Shown: in pieces, positions 1-8,221 of the stretch | How positions within the stretch are numbered: position 1 is the first letter of the stretch | Layout of the letters: every line of letters begins with the position of its first letter | Assembly (NCBI RefSeq): GCF_000253055.1 | Contig: NC_016070.1 | Coordinates: forward strand, 660,001-692,000 | DNA length: 32,000 nt | Direction of reading: 5' to 3' | Source: Thermoproteus tenax Kra 1 | Lineage (GTDB): Archaea > Thermoproteota > Thermoprotei > Thermoproteales > Thermoproteaceae | Program-made: the position numbers and the translations under genes | The notes under the pieces: model-generated | Databases searched by the model: none | What the model saw: the letters and a program-made list of their open reading frames with translations, nothing else | Told to the model about the DNA's origin: nothing

Positions 1-287
1 AGGTTATACGACTGAAAAAGATAGCCTATATTGAGCAGGCGGAACCTCTCGAGCTCCCGCTCGCCCAACGTCGCCACGTCGCGGCCCAAAACGATTGCCC
101 TCCCTCTGGTGGGTCTGTCAAGAGACGATATTATGTTCAATAACGTCGTCTTGCCCGATCCAGAGGGGCCCATGAAGGCGGTGATAGTGGACTTGGGTAT
201 CTTCAGTGTGACCCCCTTCAGCGCGTGAACTTCGCCGGCAGGCGTCTTATATATCTTGTGGACGTCCTCCAGATCTATAGCTATCAT
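1..287 (-). CDS. ABC transporter ATP-binding protein, LolD/MacB-like (partial, runs off left edge)
   Basis: Manual minus-strand translation from ATG at 287: MIAIDLEDVHKIYKTPAGEVHALKGVTLKIPKSTITAFMGPSGSGKTTLLNIISSLDRPTRG...RFRLLNIGYLFQSYN, with Walker A (GPSGSGKTT) and Q-loop. ATGA overlap with the permease stop. Not in the ORF track because it is truncated. Confidence 0.93.
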   Translation of the reverse strand, partial: MIAIDLEDVHKIYKTPAGEVHALKGVTLKIPKSTITAFMGPSGSGKTTLLNIISSLDRPTRGRAIVLGRDVATLGERELERFRLLNIGYLFQSYN

Positions 288-1399
288 CTCAATATCTCGA
301 GCGGCCTGAGCGTTATAGCTCTGTATACGGGCACAAGGGCCCCTCCTATTGCGACCGACAGAGAAAGGGCTATCCCCAAGGCATAAAACTGAGGAACAAA
401 GGGTATAGGTACGTCGAAGAAGTAGCCGGCTCCAACTAGGGCGTCCTTTATGCCCATCGCGCCGAGATAGCCGGCGAGTCCGCCCAGAGTTCCCCCTGTG
501 AGTCCGACAATAAACACCTCTAGTAGTAGCGTCAGAGCTATGTCGCGGCCGGCGATCCCAGTGGCCTTCAGCAACGCTATTTCTCCCACGCGCTCTCTAA
601 CAGTTATAGACATCACGGCGAAAGTGGTGAGGGCGCCGGCCATGTAGGCTATGGCCTCTATTATCGTGAAGAATATGTTCAACATGGAGAACACCCTGTT
701 TACTGTAGACAAGGCGCTCTGCTGCGTGTAGACTTCCGCCCGAGGAAATTCTCTCTTCAGCGCTTGTGCGAAGGGCTGTATATACGTCTTGTCCTTCAAA
801 GTTATGAAGACCATGTTGTAGAACTGGCCAACGCCTAGCTCTTGTTGTAGCCAGTCTAGGGGCACGACCACTAGGTTGAGGCTCATGGGCCCTATGAACC
901 CTTTGAGCAGATTTGTCATGACGCCGACGACCGATATCTTGACCGCAGTCGGCGGAGCTATCGTGCTTTCGTAGACGTAGAGCGTTACAACTTCTCCGAC
1001 CTTCGCCCCCAGCGTTGACTCGACGACCGCCTCTCCGCCGCCGCTGGGGAGCCTCCCCTCAACGAGCTCTACGTCAAAATAGCTTATATCGCTGAGGGGG
1101 ACGCCGAGGATTGTGACCGTCTTATTCCCCAACGTGCCTGTGAGCATGAGCACGGGCTCAGCGCTTTCAACATATGGGGACGCTCTGAGCGCGTCCACAA
1201 AGGCCCTCGGTATATCTATCGAGTTCGAATATATGAGTATGTCCGCGGGGAATATCTGGTAGAGCTGGTTTTGGACGTAGATCTTCGCCCCAAGGCTGAT
1301 GGTGCTGAGCCCCACCATAAGAGCTGCGCCGATAGCTATGACAAGCGCCACGAGGAGGTATCTTGCTCTCCTCGATCTCAAGTCGCTTAAGGCCAACAT
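284..1399 (-). CDS. ABC transporter permease, FtsX/MacB-like
   Basis: N-terminal LSDLRSRRARYLLVALVIAIGAALMVG, large extracellular loop, C-terminal FtsX-type region VRERVGEIALLKATGIAGRDIALTLLLE. Start placed at internal MLALSDLRSRR. Confidence 0.88.
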   Translation of the reverse strand: MLALSDLRSRRARYLLVALVIAIGAALMVGLSTISLGAKIYVQNQLYQIFPADILIYSNSIDIPRAFVDALRASPYVESAEPVLMLTGTLGNKTVTILGVPLSDISYFDVELVEGRLPSGGGEAVVESTLGAKVGEVVTLYVYESTIAPPTAVKISVVGVMTNLLKGFIGPMSLNLVVVPLDWLQQELGVGQFYNMVFITLKDKTYIQPFAQALKREFPRAEVYTQQSALSTVNRVFSMLNIFFTIIEAIAYMAGALTTFAVMSITVRERVGEIALLKATGIAGRDIALTLLLEVFIVGLTGGTLGGLAGYLGAMGIKDALVGAGYFFDVPIPFVPQFYALGIALSLSVAIGGALVPVYRAITLRPLEILR

Positions 1400-1452
1400 A
1401 ATGACGTGGGAAACTGCCACATGGCTTATTTGCATATTAAAAATTGAGCACG

Positions 1453-4016
1453 TGAGCCGGGCCCTCCCGGTCGTGTTGGCGTTGTGGTTGGCCGTCTATA
1501 TATTCCTGGCGAGCCAATCGGCTAGAGTCTTCGGAATCCTTGTGTACTCGGAGTCGAAACTGATGCCAAACAACGTTGAGCCCGCAATTGTGGACAAAAT
1601 AATTGGTGCGAACCAGACCTCGAACAATGGGACCTTCTTCGTCTTAGTGTACGGCCCCGATCTCACGACGAGGCTGTCCCGCCTCGATAGACTTCTCAAC
1701 GACGAGGGCTTCACCGTGATATCCCCATATTCGATTCAAGAACGAGCCCAACAGATTTATCTGAGTTATATTAATGATACTATAAATAATATTACTATTA
1801 ATTTCTTTAAAAATCTTAATTATATTTATAGTACTATATACAATGAATGTATTGGGCTAGATGAACTCGTGAGAGCGTACAGAGAGGCCGAGAGAAATGC
1901 CACGCTCCTACTCTATGCTACCTACGGCGCAGTCGCGTTGAATATCTCCACGCCTAGAACTGAGGAGTTCCTAAGCTACTATAGGAACTTCTCTGCGCTT
2001 TATGGACCGGACGAGGCTGTCCTTCTAGCTGCCGATAAGGCATACGGGAACGTGAGTTGGCTGTTGCAGAATATAACGTGGATGAATTGGGCGACTCAAA
2101 ACGCTGTGAACCTAGTGGCGAGGAGGCTGTTGAGCCTCAAGCTCAACGCGTCTCTGATAGAGTTGGCTGAGAACGTCTCGGCCGTCGGCGTTGAGAAATA
2201 CCTTTACTTCAAGCTCAGCTCTGAGCTACCTCCTCCATTGAGGCAGTATCTACCTTACGTTCTGTGTCAGAACAATACGGCGGAGGCCGCCGAGATTTTC
2301 CGACGGGAGCTGTTCAGAGACATTACCGCTCGTCATCCTCCTCCCACTATGTACACTATAAGAGAGGCGAGGGAGCTGTTATACGGCGATAGATATGCGC
2401 TTGTTATAGCAGAGGGCACTTCGGCGCCACGCCTCAACCTCACGTGGGCTGTGCCCGTCTCAACAGACATCTTGATGTCGCAGTTCACCGAAACTGTGAC
2501 GTCGGAAGTGCCCGAGATAGATAAGACTACGTCCCTAGCGATGCTCGCAGTGCTTCTGTTTGTCTTGGGCTCTGTGGCAGCCCCGTTGATCATCCTCGCC
2601 GAAGTGGGGCTCACCTATCTGGCCGTGTTAGGCCTTATATACCTCACGTCGCGCCTACTGCCGCCCTATTATCTCTCAGTGTATATCGCTGCTCCTGTCA
2701 TCTTTGCGTTAGGCGTTGATTATAACCTTCTCATTTTGGGGCGATATGCCGAGGAGCGTAACAAGGGGATCAGCAAAGACGAGGCGATCAAGACCACGCT
2801 GCGTTTTGCGAGACGCGCTATATTGACCAGCGGCATAGTAGCCGGCTTAGCCCTGGGAAGTTTTGGGTTCTCCTATCTGCCCTTCATGCAATCGATAGGT
2901 CTAACCCTAGCGGCCTCAGTTGCGTTGGTGTTAATAACGGCTTTCGCGGCTACCCCCTCTATCCTGTATACTCTGGGAGATCGAGTCTTCTGGCCCAGAG
3001 GAATAGAAAATATAAGGCTCCATGAGGGGAGGTCCAAGCTCTTGGCCAGATCCGTGGATCTGGCGCTGAGAAGGCCCAGGTCGCTTGTGGTACTCTTTCT
3101 ATTGATTTCAATACTCCTCGCCCTTTTCGTGGCTACACATATGAGAATTACGACGAACCCTATATCGGCCATGCCTGAGACGCAGAGCAAGAGAGCGCTC
3201 CTCCTCCTACAGACTTACTTCAGGAATGTGACAGCTCTATCAACTACATATTTAGTTTTCGATAAGAGACCAAATAATCAAACGCTAATATATATTAAAA
3301 ATTTACCATATTTTGTTAATTATACTATTTATCAAAAAGGAAAATATTATATAATGGACTTAGAGCTGTCGGTGACCAGCACTTCGGACGAGCTGCTAAG
3401 CGCATACAACTATCTATCGAGACTGAGGAGTGATGGCTTGCTCTACATCGGCGGCGATGCGGGCTGGAAACATGTATATTACAAGTACATTTACCTTTAT
3501 TTCTGGAATATACAAATATACATAATTTTGGCCACCGTCACTGTTGCCCTTATGTTGGCGCTACGGAGCGTGCTCACGCCGTTAAGGTTGGTGGCCACAG
3601 TCCTCATGTCGGCTGTGTGGGGCATGGCTCTCAACGTGGCCTTGTTCCAGCTGGCCATAGGCCAGCTCACCTACTGGCTACAGCCGGTCGTGCTAATGAG
3701 TCTGCTAATAGCGGTGGGCACGGACTACGATGTATTTATTATATCACGAATCAAGGAGGAGGTAGAAAAAGGCAAAGACGATAAGAGCGCGATAAAGGCC
3801 GCCATAGTGTCCACAGGGCCTATAGTCACCGGCGCCGCGCTCATATTGGCGTTGGCCTTCCTCTCGATAGTGCAATCGCAGCTGACAGTGCTTGAGCAAA
3901 TAGGGGCCACCGTGGCCTTCTCCGCTATTTTCGACGCATTCATAGTGAGGCCGCTCCTCGTGCCGGCCATTATGAGCTTATTGTCTAAATACAACTGGTG
4001 GCCATCGAAACAATGA
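1453..4016 (+). CDS. MMPL/RND superfamily membrane transporter
   Basis: Two repeated halves with TM bundles; GVDYNLLILGRYAEERNKG and GTDYDVFIISRIKEEVEKG match the conserved GxDYxxFxxxRxxEE motif. ORF opens at 1299; start placed at GTG 1453 (ATG 1401 is an alternative). Confidence 0.88.
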
Positions 4017-4672
4017 CCCTCAAGGCGCTACTGCTCGACTTCTTCGGCACGTTGGCCAGAGTGAGAGATGAGGAGGCGTACCTAGAGGATGTGTCGAGAG
4101 GTCTCGCCAGAGCTCTAGGAGTAGATGGGGAAAAGGCGTTGAAGTACTTCTTGGAGGCGAGGAGACTGGCGAACGCCATAAGAGAGGCCTCGAACGCCGA
4201 AATACCCGTCGACGGTCAAGCGGCCCTCATAGCCGCTCTAGCGGGCGGCCGTCCGGACGAGGTACGAAAAGTCCTAGTGGAGAGCATGCTAAAACATCTC
4301 GAGCCCGTGGAGCATGCGCCTGAGTTCCTCCACTGGGCCAAAGGGAGGTTCAAACTGGCGATAGTGTCGAACACGACTTGTAGATGCTACATAGAGGAAG
4401 TGCTCAAGAAAGTCGGCGGAGCTGTAGATGTGATCGTCACCTCGGATGTAGTAAGATACAGAAAGCCTCATAGGCTGATCTTCAAAATAGCGCTGAGGAG
4501 ACTCGGCGTAGCTCCCAGCGAGACTATTATGGTGGGAGATGACGACGTAGATCTAGGCGCAAGAGCTCTCGGCATACTCACTGTGATAGTCGGCGGGAGA
4601 GTTGCCGGAGATCTGAACTTCAGAGACTTAGAGGAGCTGAGGCGTTGGCTGGAGGAGCGCGCGGAGCCATAG
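4013..4672 (+). CDS. HAD-superfamily hydrolase
   Basis: Motif I variant LLLDFFGTLARV, motif II IVSNTT, motif III RKPHRLIF, motif IV VGDDDVDLGA. ATG overlaps the upstream TGA. Confidence 0.87.
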   Translation: MTLKALLLDFFGTLARVRDEEAYLEDVSRGLARALGVDGEKALKYFLEARRLANAIREASNAEIPVDGQAALIAALAGGRPDEVRKVLVESMLKHLEPVEHAPEFLHWAKGRFKLAIVSNTTCRCYIEEVLKKVGGAVDVIVTSDVVRYRKPHRLIFKIALRRLGVAPSETIMVGDDDVDLGARALGILTVIVGGRVAGDLNFRDLEELRRWLEERAEP

Positions 4673-4727
4673 CGTACGCCGAGGTACACGCCATAGGTGC
4701 TTTTTAACTCCAAGTTTAGCTACTCTT

Positions 4728-6173
4728 GTGAACGATCATAAAGACATAATGGAGTGCCGCTCTTGGCACTGCGACGTCCTAAGGCGGCCCGGCTCGTGCT
4801 CTGAGGAAGAATTCGACGTATTGATAATAGGCGCAGGCATCGGAGGATTGGCGGCAGCCCGCGAGCTGTCCCGCTATGACCTCAAAGTGGGTATAGTCAA
4901 CGAGGGCCCTCTGGGTGGTCACCACGCTCTGGACCGCCAACCCACTGTGACCGACGAGACTGCTGCATCCATTGTGGAGAGATACCGCACTGAGGACGTC
5001 ATACGCGGGGTATTCGATGGCGAGGTCGTAGTCTCCGGCGACAGATGTATACGGCCGCGATATAGACACTTGATCCTCAATACAGGAGGCCTTGAGATGT
5101 ATACGCCAATACCCGGGTCGCCCAAGGTGGTGCCGGCCTCTGAGGCGCTTATGGGCGAGCCAGGGGGCAGGAGACTCTTGGTATGGGGAACCACCGAGTG
5201 GGGCCTCAGAACAGCCATGGCGTTAGCGGAGAGGGGCCACGACGTCGTCGTCGCCGACAATTCGGCGTATCTGCGCGACGTGAGATACTATCAAAAGGTG
5301 CGCGACAGACTTCAGAAGCTCGGCATTGAGGTGATACATTCAGCAATAGCCAAGAGGTTCAAGGATGGCGTTATGGAGCTCTCGGTTAATCTGGGCAAGA
5401 GGGGATGGGAAAGGAGGAGTCTCAAGATAGACGGGGTAGTCTCGGCCGTTCGCACTGTCAACATATACGTGCCCTTGAGGTTGGGCCTCAAGGTGTTCTA
5501 CTCCTTCGAGCTAAACTCGTTGGTGCCGCGGAGAAACAGCTTTGGGGAGATACTCATGTTGGACGGGAAGGGCAAGTCGGCGGGCGGCTCGAACATATAT
5601 GCGGCGGGCGAGCTGTACGGAGCGACCTACGCCCACATAGAGGAGGCGCAGGGAAGACTCCTCGCCGTATATCTGGCGTCTAAAATGGGCCGCGAGGATC
5701 CCGATAAGGCCGCCAAGGCCCTAGAGGACTTTAGAGCCAGGATAGCGCTGGAGGCCAACTGGCTCTACAACTTAGACCTCCGTCTGAGCAGAGGGACGGA
5801 CTACACAGACTTGTACGTTGAGCCTAACGTCATAGATGTGCCCGGCTGGCCCTACTTCTGGCCCAATGGGCTCGACGAGATTGATGGCGATCAGATCGTG
5901 TGTCCGTGCACCGGCCTGAAGATATCAGACGTAATAAAGATCGTAGAGCGCATAAACAAAGGTAGAGTTGAGATAAAGGTGACCAGCGATAGCGTCAACA
6001 AGCTCAGACACATCAAGATGCCGACCCTTGCCGAGCTCGGCGGAGGGCCCAGCCCTTGTTTCGAGACATTATGTGTGCCCAACCTAGCTATAATCATAGG
6101 AGCCATATTCGCCCAGAAGCCATCCTACGTGCTATACGGAAAGCCCAAGCAGTTGTACGAGTCAGCGCTTTGA
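4728..6173 (+). CDS. NAD(P)/FAD-dependent oxidoreductase with C-terminal [2Fe-2S]-type Cys motif (sarcosine oxidase alpha / proline dehydrogenase alpha-like)
   Basis: VLIIGAGIGGLAAARELSRYDLKVGIVNE dinucleotide-binding fold; C-terminal CPC...SPCFETLC resembles the CxC...CxxxxC motif of this family. TATA-like ctttttaac is about 26 nt upstream of GTG 4728. Confidence 0.75.
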   Translation: MNDHKDIMECRSWHCDVLRRPGSCSEEEFDVLIIGAGIGGLAAARELSRYDLKVGIVNEGPLGGHHALDRQPTVTDETAASIVERYRTEDVIRGVFDGEVVVSGDRCIRPRYRHLILNTGGLEMYTPIPGSPKVVPASEALMGEPGGRRLLVWGTTEWGLRTAMALAERGHDVVVADNSAYLRDVRYYQKVRDRLQKLGIEVIHSAIAKRFKDGVMELSVNLGKRGWERRSLKIDGVVSAVRTVNIYVPLRLGLKVFYSFELNSLVPRRNSFGEILMLDGKGKSAGGSNIYAAGELYGATYAHIEEAQGRLLAVYLASKMGREDPDKAAKALEDFRARIALEANWLYNLDLRLSRGTDYTDLYVEPNVIDVPGWPYFWPNGLDEIDGDQIVCPCTGLKISDVIKIVERINKGRVEIKVTSDSVNKLRHIKMPTLAELGGGPSPCFETLCVPNLAIIIGAIFAQKPSYVLYGKPKQLYESAL

Positions 6174-6217
6174 ACTGTCCTCATCGCTCGGGCGCGGCCT
6201 TTCATCACGTCTAAGTA

Positions 6218-6790
6218 ATGGACTGCTTAATTAAATCGATCTGGCACGCGCTTGAGGGGTCTCAACTCGGCGCCGAGGAGCTCGCGTGTCTGGAGCGCCA
6301 CGGGCTGGCTAGCGGCGAGCTCATGCCGCCGAGGCCTCTGCTTGTCTATAGAGCTTTACAGCTCGGCGTGAGGATCGATCTACAGCGGCTCTCTCGCCTG
6401 ATTGATTGGGATGAGTTCGAGCAAATAGTCGCCTTGATCCTCGAAGGCTGGGGATATTCGGTCCAAAGAGGCTTAAGGCTAGAATGCGCCAGGCGTAAAG
6501 CTGAGTTCGACGTAGTGGGGTGGAATAGACATATGGTGCTCGCGCTTGAGGTAAAACACTGGAAGTACGGCGGAGGCAGATGGGAGTCTGTCGTGGGCGC
6601 GCACGTAGAGAAGACGAGGGCGTGTCTGCCCAAGCTAAAGGCCTTAGCTCCTCTTGTTATACCCGCCGTAGTTACCCTTTCTTCTACCAACGCTCTTATT
6701 GGAGGCGTGCCTGTTGTGTCCATATACGGACTTCTTGATCTCTTGAGAAACATAGAGGACTTGAGAGATAAGGTCCTTGTGCTCTTCTAA
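6218..6790 (+). CDS. PD-(D/E)XK nuclease-like protein (Mrr-like catalytic core)
   Basis: DWDEFEQIVALILEGWGYSV...RKAEFDVVGWNRHMVLALEVKHWK matches the E/D-x(n)-ExK pattern. Confidence 0.65.
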   Translation: MDCLIKSIWHALEGSQLGAEELACLERHGLASGELMPPRPLLVYRALQLGVRIDLQRLSRLIDWDEFEQIVALILEGWGYSVQRGLRLECARRKAEFDVVGWNRHMVLALEVKHWKYGGGRWESVVGAHVEKTRACLPKLKALAPLVIPAVVTLSSTNALIGGVPVVSIYGLLDLLRNIEDLRDKVLVLF

Positions 6791-6895
6791 GCACTTTTCA
6801 CATGAATATACATAGACATCTATATTTATTTCCGTTTTGATTTTAACTATATAAAGTCTATCAAATTCCTTTAAACAGAAAAAACAACGCCTCAC
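6644..6895 (-). CDS. Small CxxC...CxxC zinc-ribbon-like protein (tentative)
   Basis: MRRCFFCLKEFDRLYIVKIKTEINIDVYVYSCEKCLEEH; GTGA overlap with the upstream minus-strand gene. Its 3' half is antisense to the nuclease-like gene. Confidence 0.5.
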   Translation of the reverse strand: MRRCFFCLKEFDRLYIVKIKTEINIDVYVYSCEKCLEEHKDLISQVLYVSQEIKKSVYGHNRHASNKSVGRRKGNYGGYNKRS

Positions 6896-7368
6896 GTCTT
6901 CTGCGTCTTGTTTATTGCCATATCGATCTCGGCCAAGAGCTTCGTGGACTTCTGCGGCGCTATGTGATGCTCGGTTGCCTCCAACGCTACGCCGATTAGA
7001 AATAGTAACGCCGAGGCCCCTGCGAATGCATTGGAAAGAAGCACCACCGTCAAACCGCCTTGTTCAGAGATTATGATAGGTATAGGCAAGGCCAAGATCA
7101 GAGCGACGAGCGCAACGGAGGCTGAGGTCGCCCTAGCTCTGACCCCCCGTTTGATCTCGAGGAACGCAGCGCCGGCCAGGGCAATGGCTGAGGTCGCTAT
7201 CGAGACAATCCGCGGGAGCACAGGCAGAGAGTATCTGGCCGAGCCTATGATTAAATAGCCTGGAGAGAGCGATATAGTGGGATTGGGGCCGGTGGCGTAG
7301 GCCACAAAGTGCACGGATGGGAGCAAAGATGCGGCGATAAGCGCCGCACCGATCCACCACAAGCGCAT
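6892..7368 (-). CDS. Hypothetical membrane protein
   Basis: 158 aa with about 4 predicted TM segments; TATA-like atatttatag about 25 nt upstream of the start. Confidence 0.65.
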   Translation of the reverse strand: MRLWWIGAALIAASLLPSVHFVAYATGPNPTISLSPGYLIIGSARYSLPVLPRIVSIATSAIALAGAAFLEIKRGVRARATSASVALVALILALPIPIIISEQGGLTVVLLSNAFAGASALLFLIGVALEATEHHIAPQKSTKLLAEIDMAINKTQKT

Positions 7369-7469
7369 CAGAGGTAGGAAGGATAGATCTATAAATATGA
7401 TCCGCTCAAGTCGCTCGGACTATGTTAATTTTGATCGAATAATTTATATCGATAGGAAGGTTGGATGCC

Positions 7470-7976
7470 ATGATTTTACAGATAACTCTCACCCTAATAG
7501 CAGTCGTCGCATTAGTTGGCGTGCTCTTGGGGCTCATCCTCTTTATAAATAGGCAGAGGGGAGCTCCTCAACCCCAAGAGCAACAACGAGCTCGTTATAC
7601 GCCCGGCGAACAAGAGATTTTGGAGCGCTTGGAGAGCCTCAGAGGCGCTCTCTCAGACCGCCTCGATGAGCTTAAGGAGAGGGTGGAGAAGTTTATTCCT
7701 CCATACGGCCGCGTAGGATATGTCCCCTCCAATGCCTCCGAGTTGGCTCAGCTCCTGGGATTTAAATACGTCAAGCTAGGACAAGAGGTGCACGGGGAGT
7801 TGCCCAAGGAGGTAGAACGATACCTAGATATCGATGCAGAAGTGGCCCAGATAAAGGAGGGGGACTACTACGTCTATATAGTAAAGAGGGGGGATAGAAA
7901 GCTCATAGCAGTTGGCGACGTCTATCTGGACTACCTAACTGTGAAGTTCCTGCAGGACTTTTTATCCTACATCTAA
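7470..7976 (+). CDS. Hypothetical membrane-anchored protein
   Basis: N-terminal TM (ILQITLTLIAVVALVGVLLGLILF), coiled linker, globular C-terminus. ATG 7470 lies about 25 nt after aataatttatat. Confidence 0.75.
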   Translation: MILQITLTLIAVVALVGVLLGLILFINRQRGAPQPQEQQRARYTPGEQEILERLESLRGALSDRLDELKERVEKFIPPYGRVGYVPSNASELAQLLGFKYVKLGQEVHGELPKEVERYLDIDAEVAQIKEGDYYVYIVKRGDRKLIAVGDVYLDYLTVKFLQDFLSYI

Positions 7977-7986
7977 TTGTAATATG

Positions 7987-8034
7987 GTGATGACCTAAGG
8001 GTCTCACGATTAGTGAAGAGGCTCAGAGGACTGA
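7987..8034 (+). ncRNA. Candidate C/D box sRNA
   Basis: C box GTGATGA (7987-7993), D'-like CTCA (8003-8006), C'-like GTGAAGA (8013-8019), D box CTGA (8031-8034), with 9-nt and 11-nt guide spacers. Lies just past the stop at 7976. Confidence 0.4.
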
Positions 8035-8186
8035 CGACGATTCCTCCTCTTCATATATGCAGCTATATTGTGTAGATTGGATATGAACAATAGCAGCAGA
8101 CCGAAGAAGACGAGGCTGTCCTCTCCGCTTATGGCCCCCAACACTACTAACATGGCCCCGTATGACATTGTTATATACACGAACAC
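8010..8186 (-). CDS. Small membrane protein downstream of nfeD (tentative, not in the ORF track)
   Basis: Manual translation: VFVYITMSYGAMLVVLGAISGEDSLVFFGLLLLFISNLHNIAAYMKRRNRRQSSEPLH*; hydrophobic segments followed by a basic tail. Start uncertain (GTG 8186 or ATG 8168). Confidence 0.35.
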   Translation of the reverse strand: MFVYITMSYGAMLVVLGAISGEDSLVFFGLLLLFISNLHNIAAYMKRRNRRQSSEPLH

Positions 8187-8221
8187 AACGAGGCAATGGT
8201 CCCAGAATATAAGGGCGACGC

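Noticed and set aside
31-228. + strand 65-aa ORF
   Set aside because: Antisense to the ABC ATPase Walker A region on the minus strand, which has a clear family match.
3985-5683. Multiple overlapping minus- and plus-strand ORFs (e.g. 3985-4179, 4289-4471, 4468-4713, 4779-5069, 4919-5260, 5405-5683)
   Set aside because: Long antisense or out-of-frame ORFs expected from high GC content over well-supported HAD and oxidoreductase genes.
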